A stretch of 63,215 bases of DNA, the filler included, from Craspedostauros australis (Eukaryota), in assembly GCA_030167865.1 (NCBI GenBank). It is 12 parts of 12 records of this genome, joined end to end, with 100 filler letters (N's around TTAATTAATTAA, not from the genome) between each part and the next. Parts side by side here need not be neighbours in the genome. Positions count along the whole stretch, not along the records: positions 6,197 to 26,749 come from JALAGF010003520.1; positions 26,850 to 33,798 come from JALAGF010003521.1; 10 more parts are not named here. One strand, given 5' to 3'. The position numbers and the translations under genes are program-made. Each line of letters starts with the position of its first letter. The stretch's first letter is position 1. Below, in pieces: positions 20,180-30,839 of this stretch. Below the pieces are notes generated by a model. The model had not been told where the DNA came from, did no database searches, and saw only the letters and a program-made list of their open reading frames with translations.

Positions 20180-21346
20180 ATGAATGAACTCAGCTCGGTG
20201 GAGTCCAACATGACCACGAGCGTCAATGCCAGCATGGATGGAACCGACGGCACGACCGCGGCGATATCGACGCTGACGCCGACGTTGTCATCGACCACCA
20301 ACCCGCTTTGGAAAGACCTCCTGCAGGTCTCACGGCCTGGCTGGTGGATGGTGTCGGTGTGGCTGTATCTGGCACCGACAGGAAGGCATTCTGATCGTCA
20401 CGCAACGGTCGGTCAGGATCCAACGTCCAGCATCTTCATGACAACGCTCTTCTGGCTGGGTCTTCTGTACGTCTGCCTCCCACTCAACATGCTCACGTAC
20501 GGATTGAACGATTATGCCGATATGGACATCGACTTGGACAATCAACGCAAAGGAAATTGGTTCTTTGGACCCAAAGGGATGGGTCCGCACCGATTGGAAA
20601 CGGTGCTACGCATCGCCTTCGCCGTTTCGTTCGTTTGGTTATTCGCCTTCATCGCCGCCGTGCCGCATCAACCGGAGATGCTCTCGTGGAGGATACGGTT
20701 GGCCATGTTCCTGTCATGGTACGCATTCGGAGTGTTGACCAACGTGGCGTACAATTTCAAATGCCTTGGCCATTTGTCGTCGCACGGACCGCTCGAAACG
20801 CCGATGGTGTTCTTGGGATTCAGCTTGATCACCGTCTTCAGCTATTGGGTCAATGTCGTGCTATACCATCGTTCGAACGGTACAGGGACATTGCAACTGA
20901 TCTTCTTTGGAGACGGAGACCATTCACTTTTCGGATGCAACGCATCGTATTGGATCCATCTGGCGTTCCTCATCCTGCGCACGCAGTTGTGGACTGAGTA
21001 CATGGATTTCGAAAACGATCTGAAGATGCGGCGCACGACGACGCTGGTGCGATTTGGACAAACCAGCAAGGCGAAAGCGAAATCCATCGTATTGGTGGTC
21101 CTGCTGGTGGAAACGGCATGGAATTATTCCGTGTACCGATCGAATGCAGAATGGCTGGTGCCATTTGCGTTCGCGCTGGCAGGTCCGTTCTTGTTTTGGA
21201 TGATGGATGAAGCATTGGAACGGCGGCGGTGCAATCCGAAAGCTGGAAATAGCACGAAGGTGCTGCTGACCCTGACGGCCTTGCAAACTGTTGGTGGCAT
21301 TGCACTGTTGTACGAGACCTGGCAGAAGGGCTTGTTTGTGAATTGA
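20180..21346 (+). CDS. UbiA-family prenyltransferase (bacterial lycopene-elongase-like motif type)
   Basis: VSRPGWW, YGLNDYADMDIDLDNQRKG (NDxxDxxxD), second motif EYMDFEND...RTTT...G, multiple TM helices. Confidence 0.8.
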   Translation: MNELSSVESNMTTSVNASMDGTDGTTAAISTLTPTLSSTTNPLWKDLLQVSRPGWWMVSVWLYLAPTGRHSDRHATVGQDPTSSIFMTTLFWLGLLYVCLPLNMLTYGLNDYADMDIDLDNQRKGNWFFGPKGMGPHRLETVLRIAFAVSFVWLFAFIAAVPHQPEMLSWRIRLAMFLSWYAFGVLTNVAYNFKCLGHLSSHGPLETPMVFLGFSLITVFSYWVNVVLYHRSNGTGTLQLIFFGDGDHSLFGCNASYWIHLAFLILRTQLWTEYMDFENDLKMRRTTTLVRFGQTSKAKAKSIVLVVLLVETAWNYSVYRSNAEWLVPFAFALAGPFLFWMMDEALERRRCNPKAGNSTKVLLTLTALQTVGGIALLYETWQKGLFVN

Positions 21347-21982
21347 AGAAGAGGCACAAACTACATACATAGTAAGTCGCTTCCAAAGTCGCCGCCAAAG
21401 TCAATGGATTGAGAATCTTGGAACAACGAGGCGACAGCCAATTACTGACCACCAACAACAAGGAATCTCTCTCCGGAGAGATAGGCAGATAGACTGAGAA
21501 GTCTAAATTCTTCACAATTGTGGAGCGTCAAGTATGGTCACAGAGACCGCATCCACTGCTCAGCAAGCGTAATGCGAATAGTATGTACTCTATTACTGCT
21601 CGCATTCTGTTACATGTTGCGTGGCTCTGATGCCTTTCCACCTTTTCGACTGCGACAACGGAGTCACACCATCTATCTCGGGTCCTCATCGCCAGTTTCA
21701 GTCGCTTGTTCCAACTCGATCGCTTCACGAGTGCGCATCGCTGGAGCTGCGACGCCTGAGGCGACTGCCACGAGGACGATCTGTTTGGGTGGGTGCCAAC
21801 CACCGACCTGAAGAGAATTGTGGTTTGCGCAAATTGTGACTTCTATCCGCAAACAAGATGAGAACACCACGGTAAAATTCTGAAGCTCTCGATTCTCACG
21901 CCTGGACGGCGACCGCTGGCTCTCCAACCACAAAATCGGCAGAACAAAATGAATCCAAAAAGTGAGCAATTCTCTGCATCCG

Positions 21983-22053
21983 CACACATCACACATCACA
22001 CATCACGTCACACATCACGTCACACATCACGTCACACATCACGTCACACATCA
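21983..22053. repeat. Tandem repeat: CACATCA units, then four copies of the 12-mer ACACATCACGTC
   Basis: Read directly from the sequence. Confidence 0.9.
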
Positions 22054-22204
22054 CCCATCACATCGAGGGGAGGCCTCCACGAGAACACGACACTTTGATG
22101 AATGCGCTGCTGCAAGACCGCATTTCTACGCTCGTCTCATGAGATCCAGGTGGAAAGTCCGGACCAGCCACAGCTACACAGCCACAGTCACATGCAAAGA
22201 ATCC

Positions 22205-23860
22205 ATGAGCACCAACAGCAGTCTCATCCTGATCGTCATTTGGCTCACGTTTTCAAAGGTCGCCAGGAATCATGCGTTTGCATTCGAAGTGAGCACTCTT
22301 CAACCGCGAGGGTCGAGCCATGAATTCCGCCATCGTCACTGTCCGCACAGAGGCTACCAACAGGCGTCTGCCATACTAGCAGCACCGCTATTCTCTTCGC
22401 TTCATGACTATCCAACAGCCGCAGGCACTACAACCACAACTACAACTGGCACACCGCAGTTGCACACGGAGAGAGTCAAGAGTGTCGTTTCTGACTTTGT
22501 CCACGCGTTGCACGATTCGGTGACTGATGAGACCTTCCAATCGCTGACATTGCGTGGCGTCAAGCGCAAGAAAGGGTCAGATATTGCCGAGTACCGCGGC
22601 GCAATCCGTCAGATTCAAGGGCGGCTGATCGCTATGCCCAAGACATCCGAACCGGCCATCCAGCTCACGTGCAAGTACCATGGTGCCACGGACATTGCCA
22701 AGAACTTCCCGCCCGACGACATCTCCCAGATCATCGCCGATATCATTTTGGATCCATCCATCTTGGCTTCGGAATGGGGCGCAGAAGCGGTGGTTTCCAA
22801 TCCCATCCAAGGTGGTGAATTGCAAACGAATGCCAACGTGTACGACATGCAGCTGTCCACGAACAAGCCCAAACTCAAACAAACCAAGAACAAGAAGTCG
22901 AACACCACCACATCGCAAACGACGCAGCCGCTATCTCATGATCGCAAGAAGAATGTCCCGTTGCCACCTGATGCTACATTCTTCAATGCGCTCGGCGTCA
23001 CTCATCCCGACGGCAAACCACGTGCCGGGATGAAGAAGAAATTGAAACAGTGTCAGAAATTCGTGGAGATTGTGGGAAATCTCGTCCCCAACGCACCCGC
23101 TGCGGCGGTTTCGGTGATGGACATGGGATGCGGACGTGGTTACTTGACCTTTGCGTTGCATTCCTATTTATGCGAACGCTTTCCCAAGGTCCATTCTCGA
23201 GGCATTGACGTGCGACCGAAACTGATGCTCGAGGTCTCTAAGATCGCCAAGGAGTTGGGCGGTGCATTCGACTCCTTATCCTTCGATGTGGGGACGATTG
23301 AAGATTTTGTAGCAACGGCGACAGAAGGAATGGAATCGACGGTATTCGATGTGGTCATCGCCTTGCATGCATGCGACACGGCGACGGATGACGCTCTGTG
23401 GTCAGGCGTGCTGCGGCGGAGCGATTTGATCGTGGTGGCACCATGCTGTCACAAGGAGGTGCGGTCACAGCTCGATCAGCACTATCAAACAACGAAAGCA
23501 GACCATGCGATGGGGGATGTCTTGCGGCATGGAATATACAGAGAGCGGATATCGGAAACTGTGACGGACTCACTACGAGCATTACTGTTGGAATGGGCCG
23601 GATACAAAGTCCAGGTGTTTGAATTTATTGGCGGCGAACACACAAGCAAGAATGTGATGATCACTGCCGTGAAAGACAAGCCGTCTGCCATGTCCACCGA
23701 TGGAAAGGCCGAGATCCAATCGAGGATACATGCGCTTGCGGGCATGTATGGAATCCGACGGCATAAGCTGGCCGAGTTGATGGGTTTTGAAATGCATCCA
23801 TGGTTGGCAGTCGATGGCAAGCCAGCTGTGCGGGATGCTCGGTACATGCCTCCCATCTAA
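22205..23860 (+). CDS. SAM-dependent methyltransferase (Methyltransf_32-like, bacterial type), probably plastid-targeted
   Basis: DMGCGRGYLTF, GIDVR, ALHACDTATDDA, APCCH, EHTSKNVMI. Leader ends AFA-FEV. Confidence 0.85.
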   Translation: MSTNSSLILIVIWLTFSKVARNHAFAFEVSTLQPRGSSHEFRHRHCPHRGYQQASAILAAPLFSSLHDYPTAAGTTTTTTTGTPQLHTERVKSVVSDFVHALHDSVTDETFQSLTLRGVKRKKGSDIAEYRGAIRQIQGRLIAMPKTSEPAIQLTCKYHGATDIAKNFPPDDISQIIADIILDPSILASEWGAEAVVSNPIQGGELQTNANVYDMQLSTNKPKLKQTKNKKSNTTTSQTTQPLSHDRKKNVPLPPDATFFNALGVTHPDGKPRAGMKKKLKQCQKFVEIVGNLVPNAPAAAVSVMDMGCGRGYLTFALHSYLCERFPKVHSRGIDVRPKLMLEVSKIAKELGGAFDSLSFDVGTIEDFVATATEGMESTVFDVVIALHACDTATDDALWSGVLRRSDLIVVAPCCHKEVRSQLDQHYQTTKADHAMGDVLRHGIYRERISETVTDSLRALLLEWAGYKVQVFEFIGGEHTSKNVMITAVKDKPSAMSTDGKAEIQSRIHALAGMYGIRRHKLAELMGFEMHPWLAVDGKPAVRDARYMPPI

Positions 23861-24192
23861 TCGAACATAAAGCACGTGTCGAGATGAGACGAGACGGGAG
23901 TGTGTCGTGTCATCCGATCTGCATCCTGTTGATGTGCAGGGTCCTGCCGCCTCTGGTTGTCCTCAAGTGACGAGGGCCATGGCAACAGAAACGTCCACCG
24001 TTAAAAGAAAACGATGATGACGATGATAGTGCTGTCGCTGGTATCGCTCCTTGTATGGCTGGTGCGACGTCGATCTCGCTTCCCATCCATAGGTCTTGTA
24101 GAGGTCACTCGTCTGAATAGCTCTGCGCCCATTCCACCGTGTGAGTACAAGCAAGCATGACTGCGCGCACAGGCTGATAAGTCAGCATTGCC

Positions 24193-25029
24193 CTAGTTGA
24201 TGGTGGCCAAGCTTGCGCGTTTCTTGAGTATCGCTGCTCTCGTGGACTTGGTCAAGGACGCCATTTCGCCCATGCTTCCCATTGACTCGGATATGCTGTT
24301 GTACGTCTGGTTGGGTCGTTGGAAGGAGGATCCGTTCTCCATTTCCTCCTCGCGGAAGGAATCGACGGGAATGTCACCGTCATCGTCGTCGCGCTGGCGT
24401 GGTCCAAACCGCAACAGGATCAACATCAGGGCGGTGCCGAAGCTCGCTGCCATGTACAATTCACCGCCGCATGCGATGCCCACGGCTGCCGAAAGCCAGA
24501 GCGATGCCGCCGTCGTGAGCCCGTGCACGATGTGATTGGATTCGCCGTCATCCGATTTCTCCTCCTTCTTGAAGATGAGGCCAGCACCCAGGAATCCCAC
24601 GCCGGACGGAATGGCTGCCGACACACGCGATGAATCCCACGACATGGGTCCGTTCAAGAAGGCGTTGGCGGAGTTGATCGTGAAGAGGCATGAGCCCAGG
24701 CTGACCAACGCCATCGTGCGGATGCCGGCCGGACGATCTGCCTGGCGTCGTTCCCAACCGATGATGCCACCCATCAGGATCGACGCCAACAACCGACGGC
24801 CGAAGGAGCATTCCTCGCGATTGAACCCCAGCAACACCGCGTACCGCACCTGCTGGCAAGGGTTGGCGTTGAAGGCGGGGTTGGAGAAGCTGTATTCGAT
24901 GTCTGGCAGGTCACATTCCAATGGCATGAACGGCTCCAGCACCGCCATGAAGGACACTACCACCACGTATACGCAGATGGCAATGTAAAAGAAGGCCTGC
25001 ACGAGGAATTCAAAACAGAGTAGTATCAT
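24193..25029 (-). CDS. MgtC/SapB-family membrane protein; possible extra 5' exon (acceptor near 25075)
   Basis: IIGWER..DRPAGIRTMALVSLGSCLFT, DSSRVSAAIPSGVGFLGAGLI, VHGLTTAASLWLSAAVGIACG. Confidence 0.9.
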   Translation of the reverse strand: MILLCFEFLVQAFFYIAICVYVVVVSFMAVLEPFMPLECDLPDIEYSFSNPAFNANPCQQVRYAVLLGFNREECSFGRRLLASILMGGIIGWERRQADRPAGIRTMALVSLGSCLFTINSANAFLNGPMSWDSSRVSAAIPSGVGFLGAGLIFKKEEKSDDGESNHIVHGLTTAASLWLSAAVGIACGGELYMAASFGTALMLILLRFGPRQRDDDDGDIPVDSFREEEMENGSSFQRPNQTYNSISESMGSMGEMASLTKSTRAAILKKRASLATIN

Positions 25030-26119
25030 CTTGAAGATGTGAGAGACGCTGAGGGGCAGTTGGCACGCCCATTGCTATTGTGAGGATGCAAACATTGAAA
25101 TGGCGCCATCGACATGCGAAGCGCTGGAATGGAAGTTCCGTGGAGCAAAACGAGCTGTGCGGTCCTCTCCTGCTCTTCCGGCTCCTTCTGTCGTTGTTGC
25201 GCCTGCACACTTATCGTAAAACATAATAGTACTTCTATGTCGGGTATGATAATCTGTTGTGTATTCCTCAGATTCACCGAACGAGACCCACCTTTTGTGC
25301 CGTGAACTCGGTGAAGTATCCTTCGTTCATGCTGCTTTTGCTCAAGGATACCGTTCTGGGATCGAGTGTCATGTCGTCTCGTTCCTTGGTCGGTTGCAAC
25401 TGTTGATGTTGCTCTTCTGCTTTTGTTCAATTTATGGTCTCTGTTTGTGGAAACGTGTGTGGTTGTTCAATGTTTCCTTTGTGCCGAATGTCCATCTCTG
25501 TGTGAAGGTGGTGGTGGCGCCCACGAATCTCCTGTTGAATCATTGTTTCTGCGACGACAACCATGTGTCTGTCTTTTGTTGGGCAATGCCTTCGCGCAAC
25601 AGCTGCTTCCTCTCAGAATCGCCGTTCTCCTTCCTCTTCTTGTGATCGTGTTCTTTGTTCAGTTGAGGTGTCATTTTTGCCAAGTCGTGTTAACAATCAA
25701 GGCTAGACGAATAGTCTAGAGAAATACCCAATCATTGACTTGCGGTGAAAGTCGAGGGAAAGGGCAAGCCCATTTTGGTTTTTGTTTGTGGTTTATATTG
25801 CTGTGTTGTATTATCTTTTCTATGTATGGTATCGTAGCCCAGGGTCGTCGATGTCGCTCTGTGCTTCCCTCTTTCTTTTTGTCTTCTATTTTCTTGTTTG
25901 TGTTCATTTGTTCATCGATTCAACGATCGTCGTTGGTGCGATTGGGAACAATCGTGTGGTTTGATTTGACTTGATTTGGTTCGGCTGTTTCTTTGGTCCT
26001 TTGGCTCATGTCCACTCGTATGAGCAGGCCATCTTTGCGTGTTGTTGCACCCTCCAATGTGAAAGAAATGCCGCAAGATCGGCATCTCCGTCCATCGGGT
26101 TGTGCATGCATGTCATCGC

Positions 26120-26749
26120 TTACTTGGTGGCCGCGCCATCGACGGCGGCCTTCTTCTCGACAAGTTCCGGTGGGCAACGTCCGCAGGAGTCGTTCGGATA
26201 GTATGCGACGATGTCGGAGTCGGAAGCAGCCACGCAGAAGGTCTGGTATCCATTCTTGGAGGAGTAATGGCACATATTGACCATGTTGGGGTTGTCGCCA
26301 CATGGGTGCTCGCTTGGCTTGCAGTAGTGATCATTGACCGTGTTGTTGGTGGCGTCAGTCTTAGCTTCGATCGCGTGCTTGGAAACAGTCTTCTTGGCGT
26401 ATCCGCCAGTGACTTCATCACCCTTGTTGGCGTCAGTGGCCAGCTTTCGGGCTGCGGCTGGGCATGGGTCGTTGCACTTGATCTCGAATGTGTACTGGAT
26501 GGTGGGGTAGTTGGCATCAGCCGGCTTCTGGCAGCACTGAGGAATCTCGGCGTCGTCGAGGACGCTGTCGAAGGATGGATCGGAGACGAAGATGTCCACA
26601 ACTGCGGCGTTGATTGATTCCATGCAGGTGGCTGTGAAGATCTCGCCGGCGTTCCAGTTGACATCTTCCAACAAGACGCACTCGCTGTCGAAGAGGGATT
26701 TTTGGTAGTCGGTGTACACGTATCCGACTGTCTCCGTCCAGGTCTGCTT
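26120..26749 (-). CDS. C-terminal part of a Cys-rich, probably extracellular protein (5' truncated by contig end)
   Basis: Frame is open to the contig edge with strong GC3 codon bias. Module 1 is ...IPQCC...TIQYTFEIKC; module 2 is HYC...PCG...MCHYS...YQTFCV...CGRC. Confidence 0.75.
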   Translation of the reverse strand, partial: KQTWTETVGYVYTDYQKSLFDSECVLLEDVNWNAGEIFTATCMESINAAVVDIFVSDPSFDSVLDDAEIPQCCQKPADANYPTIQYTFEIKCNDPCPAAARKLATDANKGDEVTGGYAKKTVSKHAIEAKTDATNNTVNDHYCKPSEHPCGDNPNMVNMCHYSSKNGYQTFCVAASDSDIVAYYPNDSCGRCPPELVEKKAAVDGAATK

Positions 26750-26849
26750 NNNNNNNNNNNNNNNNNNNNNNNNNNNNNNNNNNNNNNNNNNNNTTAATTA
26801 ATTAANNNNNNNNNNNNNNNNNNNNNNNNNNNNNNNNNNNNNNNNNNNN
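26750..26849. other. Artificial contig linker
   Basis: N44-TTAATTAATTAA-N44. Confidence 0.99.
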
Positions 26850-29800
26850 ATCAAGGAAGAGGGCCAATCGCAGCATGCTCCCTCTGTGCAATGCCCATGC
26901 CGTGACTTCTCTGCTGTTTCCAAGGTTGTCCGGTGTTTGCAATCCGAAGAAGATACGGCCAGGCTGATTGCATGGTTGGAAGGTGAATTTGATGATGCGG
27001 CACTGGAACGGAATCGGCGTGTTTCGTGTGGGAAGCGCCCGCGATGCAGATTCCGCGTGGGGACATCATTCGCCATCCTCAACGCCATTCGCGATGCATG
27101 TGCTGTGCATTTGGAGAACGGTGACGATTCAAGATGCGGCCCTCCAGCCGCCATCGATGGGAATTCAGAGCATGGTGGCATCATCGTGAGTGTCAGCACG
27201 GCATCCGACAGCCAAGCAACCAAATCAGGCGAGGATGATGCTGCACGCGAAAGACAAGAGTACAGCGAAGCATTTCCATCTCTGAGATCAGAGCGCAAGG
27301 CAAATGTGTCAAAGCGATCCACATCCGCGTCTCCATCTTCGTCGAAAGTGAAAGCGAAGGTGAAGATAAAGGCAACGATCGAGGATAAGCGATCTAATGC
27401 TCCAATCAAACCACCGGCGTCCGCGTCTACATCGACGTCGACGTCGGTGTGGACAAAGAAAAAGAAGAAGCGGATTCGGCCACAGTTGACAACGATCACA
27501 ACATCAACACCGAGCAACTCCGTTTGGGCAAACCCAGCGATGGCATCAGCACCGGTGGTGGCATCACCAAGGAGCGCGATGCTGCGTTCTGCAGCGACTC
27601 CTTTCCAGCCTTCCGGGCGTCCCACGCAGAAGTCGCAAGATCGTCTCCATCTGACCACCGCAAGTCAACTCTCAACCTCGAAGGCATTTCCAAATCATGA
27701 TATGAATACGAGGATATCAAAGCCGAAGTCTGAGGAAGAAGGTGGTGGCCTTCATGCGGTGGGCACAGCGACTCGCAACCTTCACAGCGAGCAACACGCA
27801 GAGGCGATTGCCGTTGCAATGCCAAACGCGGACACGAGTGCGAAGGTTGCAACAGACGACGAATTGCAACGTCTTGTGATGGTGTATTCGTCCCTCATCT
27901 ACTCGCACGTCGTGCCATCCACATTGCTCGAGCTCCACCTGCTTCTCCGCCTCCTCAATGTGCGCGATCCACAGCACCAACCTCAAAAGCACCCTGCCCA
28001 TACTACTCCACCGCACTTTGCCTTCATCTTTCATTCCGCCAATCAATGTCGAGATTTCGCCAAACGAACCCTCGTGCAGCTGCAGCCTGTGATTCTGCAT
28101 TTGAATCCTCCAATCATCGCCAAGCTTGCCGCACTGCCTGCTTTCCGCAATGCCGCACCACAATTATCAGAACAGCTGAAACAAACGCTGCGGTGGCTGC
28201 TTTCGCAAGGGTATCAGATTGAATGCGCATCCGAGGAAATCGCGGGCAGCCATGCGATCCTTTCCCAGCATTTCAATTCAAACAGGGACTCCAGGCATAA
28301 CTACAAAACGCAGGCAGAGACAGCGGTGTACAAGAATCGGGAGGAAACAAGAGACGCCTTCCTGTACCAGCTGAGATCGTACATCAGCATCAAGGGGAAG
28401 ATCTTGAATCCGCAGGAGGGTCAGGAAGCCATGAATCGCATCCGAGCACAATCTAGAACCATTTTGAGCCGGCTGTCCAGATCCAATTTCCCGTGGTTCG
28501 TGGAATTCTTTTGCGATCTCCTGCTCCAAATCGGATACTCTCCGATCGAAGAAACGGATGAGGAACTGCTCACCATCGCAAACAAGGAAAGACTTCAGCA
28601 GCTTCAGAAGCGCATGTCGGCAAGAACGTCCAACGTGGACAAGAGCAGTCAAAAGATCGCGATGCCATCACACACGAACGACCACCAAAGCATTCCGCAC
28701 AGCAATAACCACTCTCACCGTCACCATTCGCACCAGCGGCAGCAGAAATGGAGACAAGGTCCACGCCGAGGAAGGGAAGAAGAGACAGCAGCTGTGATCA
28801 TGGAAGTGCAGCAACTGTTCCCAGGCCATCAAGAATTCTTCTACATCTTTCTGCAATCAACAGACCAATACGCATTCGGCATGCACTTCAAGAGCAGACT
28901 CGGCAACACGATCAGGATTCTGCGCAACCGAATCCCGACTGTTGGCAAAGAAGAGCTGCACGTCCTCAAGCTCCAGCTTCTCGCGAAATTCCTGGGATGT
29001 CTCGTGTTCAGTCCAAATTGGCAGCCACTGGATGCGAATACTCATCAGCTACATCCCCAATCAACTGTCGATGCGTTCAAACAGCTGGAGGCGGTGGGTG
29101 TGGAACTAGGCGGAGCGCTCAATGATGCGTGGCGAGTTGGGACGCTTGATTACGACCTGCCCTGGATCATGACAGTACTCAAGTTCAGTAAATGGGATGC
29201 CCTGTCTCAAACATCAAGGAAGTTCCGGTCCATCGCAGCCAAGCTACGATTGATGCAACTCAAACTGAGCTCAACAAGGCGGCAGCTGAATATGGGCACT
29301 AGTACGCCAGGCGTCTATCTGGGATCTCCGAACCTCACCACAAGCTTCATGCTTGAAAACTTCTTCGCACAGACGATCGGTCTCGCTAAGCTGGGCAATC
29401 TGCCATACGCCACGCTGCCCGACGTTGATGTAGCAACATCAACACCAACGTCAACACAACAGAAAGCAGTGCGAATATCCAACCCCGCCAATGAAGGTGG
29501 CGAATCGGCACCTCGCAACACTTGGCTATCAGCCACCAGCAGTCTGCTCATGAATGAAAGCAGCACGCATGCGGATGATCTTCGCTGTTTGCTAGATGAG
29601 CTCTCTTCCGACTCTCCTTCATCTACAAGGCCCACGACTCACAAGACACGCAAGGTGCGACCGTCATCAGTCTCTGCCGCCGACCAGAATCCGAACACTA
29701 AACTGAGCGAGATGTTGATCATCCCCGCTGTGTCCGAAGCAAGCGATGAGATGGACCAAGTGTCCCCAGTCTCGGCTCCTCGTGCCGTTGCTGCAACCAG

Positions 29801-30839
29801 CATTGGCACGATACAGCTGCGAACAACACAACCTGATGGCGCTTCAACGACAGAGGACAAGCTCCACGACTCTTTCTTCCACCAGCATGTGGATCTGGCA
29901 TCCATTTGTGACCTATCAATCACGCAAGTGCTGAAAGAATTCCACAATGACGTGCATGCCAAGTGCGTGCGTCCCGCATTCGATTCGCTGCATATCGCTT
30001 CAGCAGCAGACTGGGAATCTGTGAAGTTCGACAAGATAGAAAGGACAGCCAAGAGTCTGGCATACGAACAGCTCGAATCGCAGCTGCGCGACACAACCCG
30101 CAAGGTCCTCGCTATCCTCGTGCCAACGCCAGTATCGCCATCAGGAACGACATCGCTGTTGCCACTGCCGCCATCGTCGTCATCGTCGTCGTCATCCACC
30201 TCATGTCACATCGTCGATACTGCGGCATCGCTGGCCACGAAACGAGGGCTGAAGAAGGGGAAGCCGTTTGTTGATGTTTGGGTGTCAGAGCAATGCAAAC
30301 GACATAGGAATCAGATGCTCAAAATGGCGGCTATCAATACCGCGAACTTGAATGGCGCAAACATCCCTACCGATGCTGGTACGACTGCAACAAATGTCAA
30401 CTCCAGCAACGAAACCGACGAACTCAGGCTGGTCATAGAGAAAGGATCGGAACTTCTCTCGATGCTCACAGCACAAGCTGGGATGGGGCAGGAGAGTGGA
30501 GCATTGATCGAGGCAATCGGTCATCTCGATCGGAGCATCAACGAGCTGGAGAAGGATGACAGGAACCAGATCCCCGGCGAATTGCTGGCTCGGGATCTCT
30601 TCGCCATGATCTACCGATTCGATGCCATCTCGTACAGTTTGGTAAAAGCCTGGTCGCAGGCATCGCACGATACGACAGTTCCTCGACACCCTGTGTTGGC
30701 TTCGCGATATCTCGGGGTCATCTCCAAGCTTTCCAAGCACAGCACAAGAGGCATGCGGCATTTCGAATCAGCAATGGCGCTGGATGTCGATGCGCAGCAG
30801 TTTGCTCGCGCGTGTCGTGACGGTGCCAATTCTGAGTAG
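26850..30839 (+). CDS. CDAN1: Codanin-1-like protein, redundant copy lacking the first 4 codons
   Basis: Reverse complement of 7438-11427 (coordinates sum to 38277); same translation. Confidence 0.72.
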   Translation: MKEEGQSQHAPSVQCPCRDFSAVSKVVRCLQSEEDTARLIAWLEGEFDDAALERNRRVSCGKRPRCRFRVGTSFAILNAIRDACAVHLENGDDSRCGPPAAIDGNSEHGGIIVSVSTASDSQATKSGEDDAARERQEYSEAFPSLRSERKANVSKRSTSASPSSSKVKAKVKIKATIEDKRSNAPIKPPASASTSTSTSVWTKKKKKRIRPQLTTITTSTPSNSVWANPAMASAPVVASPRSAMLRSAATPFQPSGRPTQKSQDRLHLTTASQLSTSKAFPNHDMNTRISKPKSEEEGGGLHAVGTATRNLHSEQHAEAIAVAMPNADTSAKVATDDELQRLVMVYSSLIYSHVVPSTLLELHLLLRLLNVRDPQHQPQKHPAHTTPPHFAFIFHSANQCRDFAKRTLVQLQPVILHLNPPIIAKLAALPAFRNAAPQLSEQLKQTLRWLLSQGYQIECASEEIAGSHAILSQHFNSNRDSRHNYKTQAETAVYKNREETRDAFLYQLRSYISIKGKILNPQEGQEAMNRIRAQSRTILSRLSRSNFPWFVEFFCDLLLQIGYSPIEETDEELLTIANKERLQQLQKRMSARTSNVDKSSQKIAMPSHTNDHQSIPHSNNHSHRHHSHQRQQKWRQGPRRGREEETAAVIMEVQQLFPGHQEFFYIFLQSTDQYAFGMHFKSRLGNTIRILRNRIPTVGKEELHVLKLQLLAKFLGCLVFSPNWQPLDANTHQLHPQSTVDAFKQLEAVGVELGGALNDAWRVGTLDYDLPWIMTVLKFSKWDALSQTSRKFRSIAAKLRLMQLKLSSTRRQLNMGTSTPGVYLGSPNLTTSFMLENFFAQTIGLAKLGNLPYATLPDVDVATSTPTSTQQKAVRISNPANEGGESAPRNTWLSATSSLLMNESSTHADDLRCLLDELSSDSPSSTRPTTHKTRKVRPSSVSAADQNPNTKLSEMLIIPAVSEASDEMDQVSPVSAPRAVAATSIGTIQLRTTQPDGASTTEDKLHDSFFHQHVDLASICDLSITQVLKEFHNDVHAKCVRPAFDSLHIASAADWESVKFDKIERTAKSLAYEQLESQLRDTTRKVLAILVPTPVSPSGTTSLLPLPPSSSSSSSSTSCHIVDTAASLATKRGLKKGKPFVDVWVSEQCKRHRNQMLKMAAINTANLNGANIPTDAGTTATNVNSSNETDELRLVIEKGSELLSMLTAQAGMGQESGALIEAIGHLDRSINELEKDDRNQIPGELLARDLFAMIYRFDAISYSLVKAWSQASHDTTVPRHPVLASRYLGVISKLSKHSTRGMRHFESAMALDVDAQQFARACRDGANSE

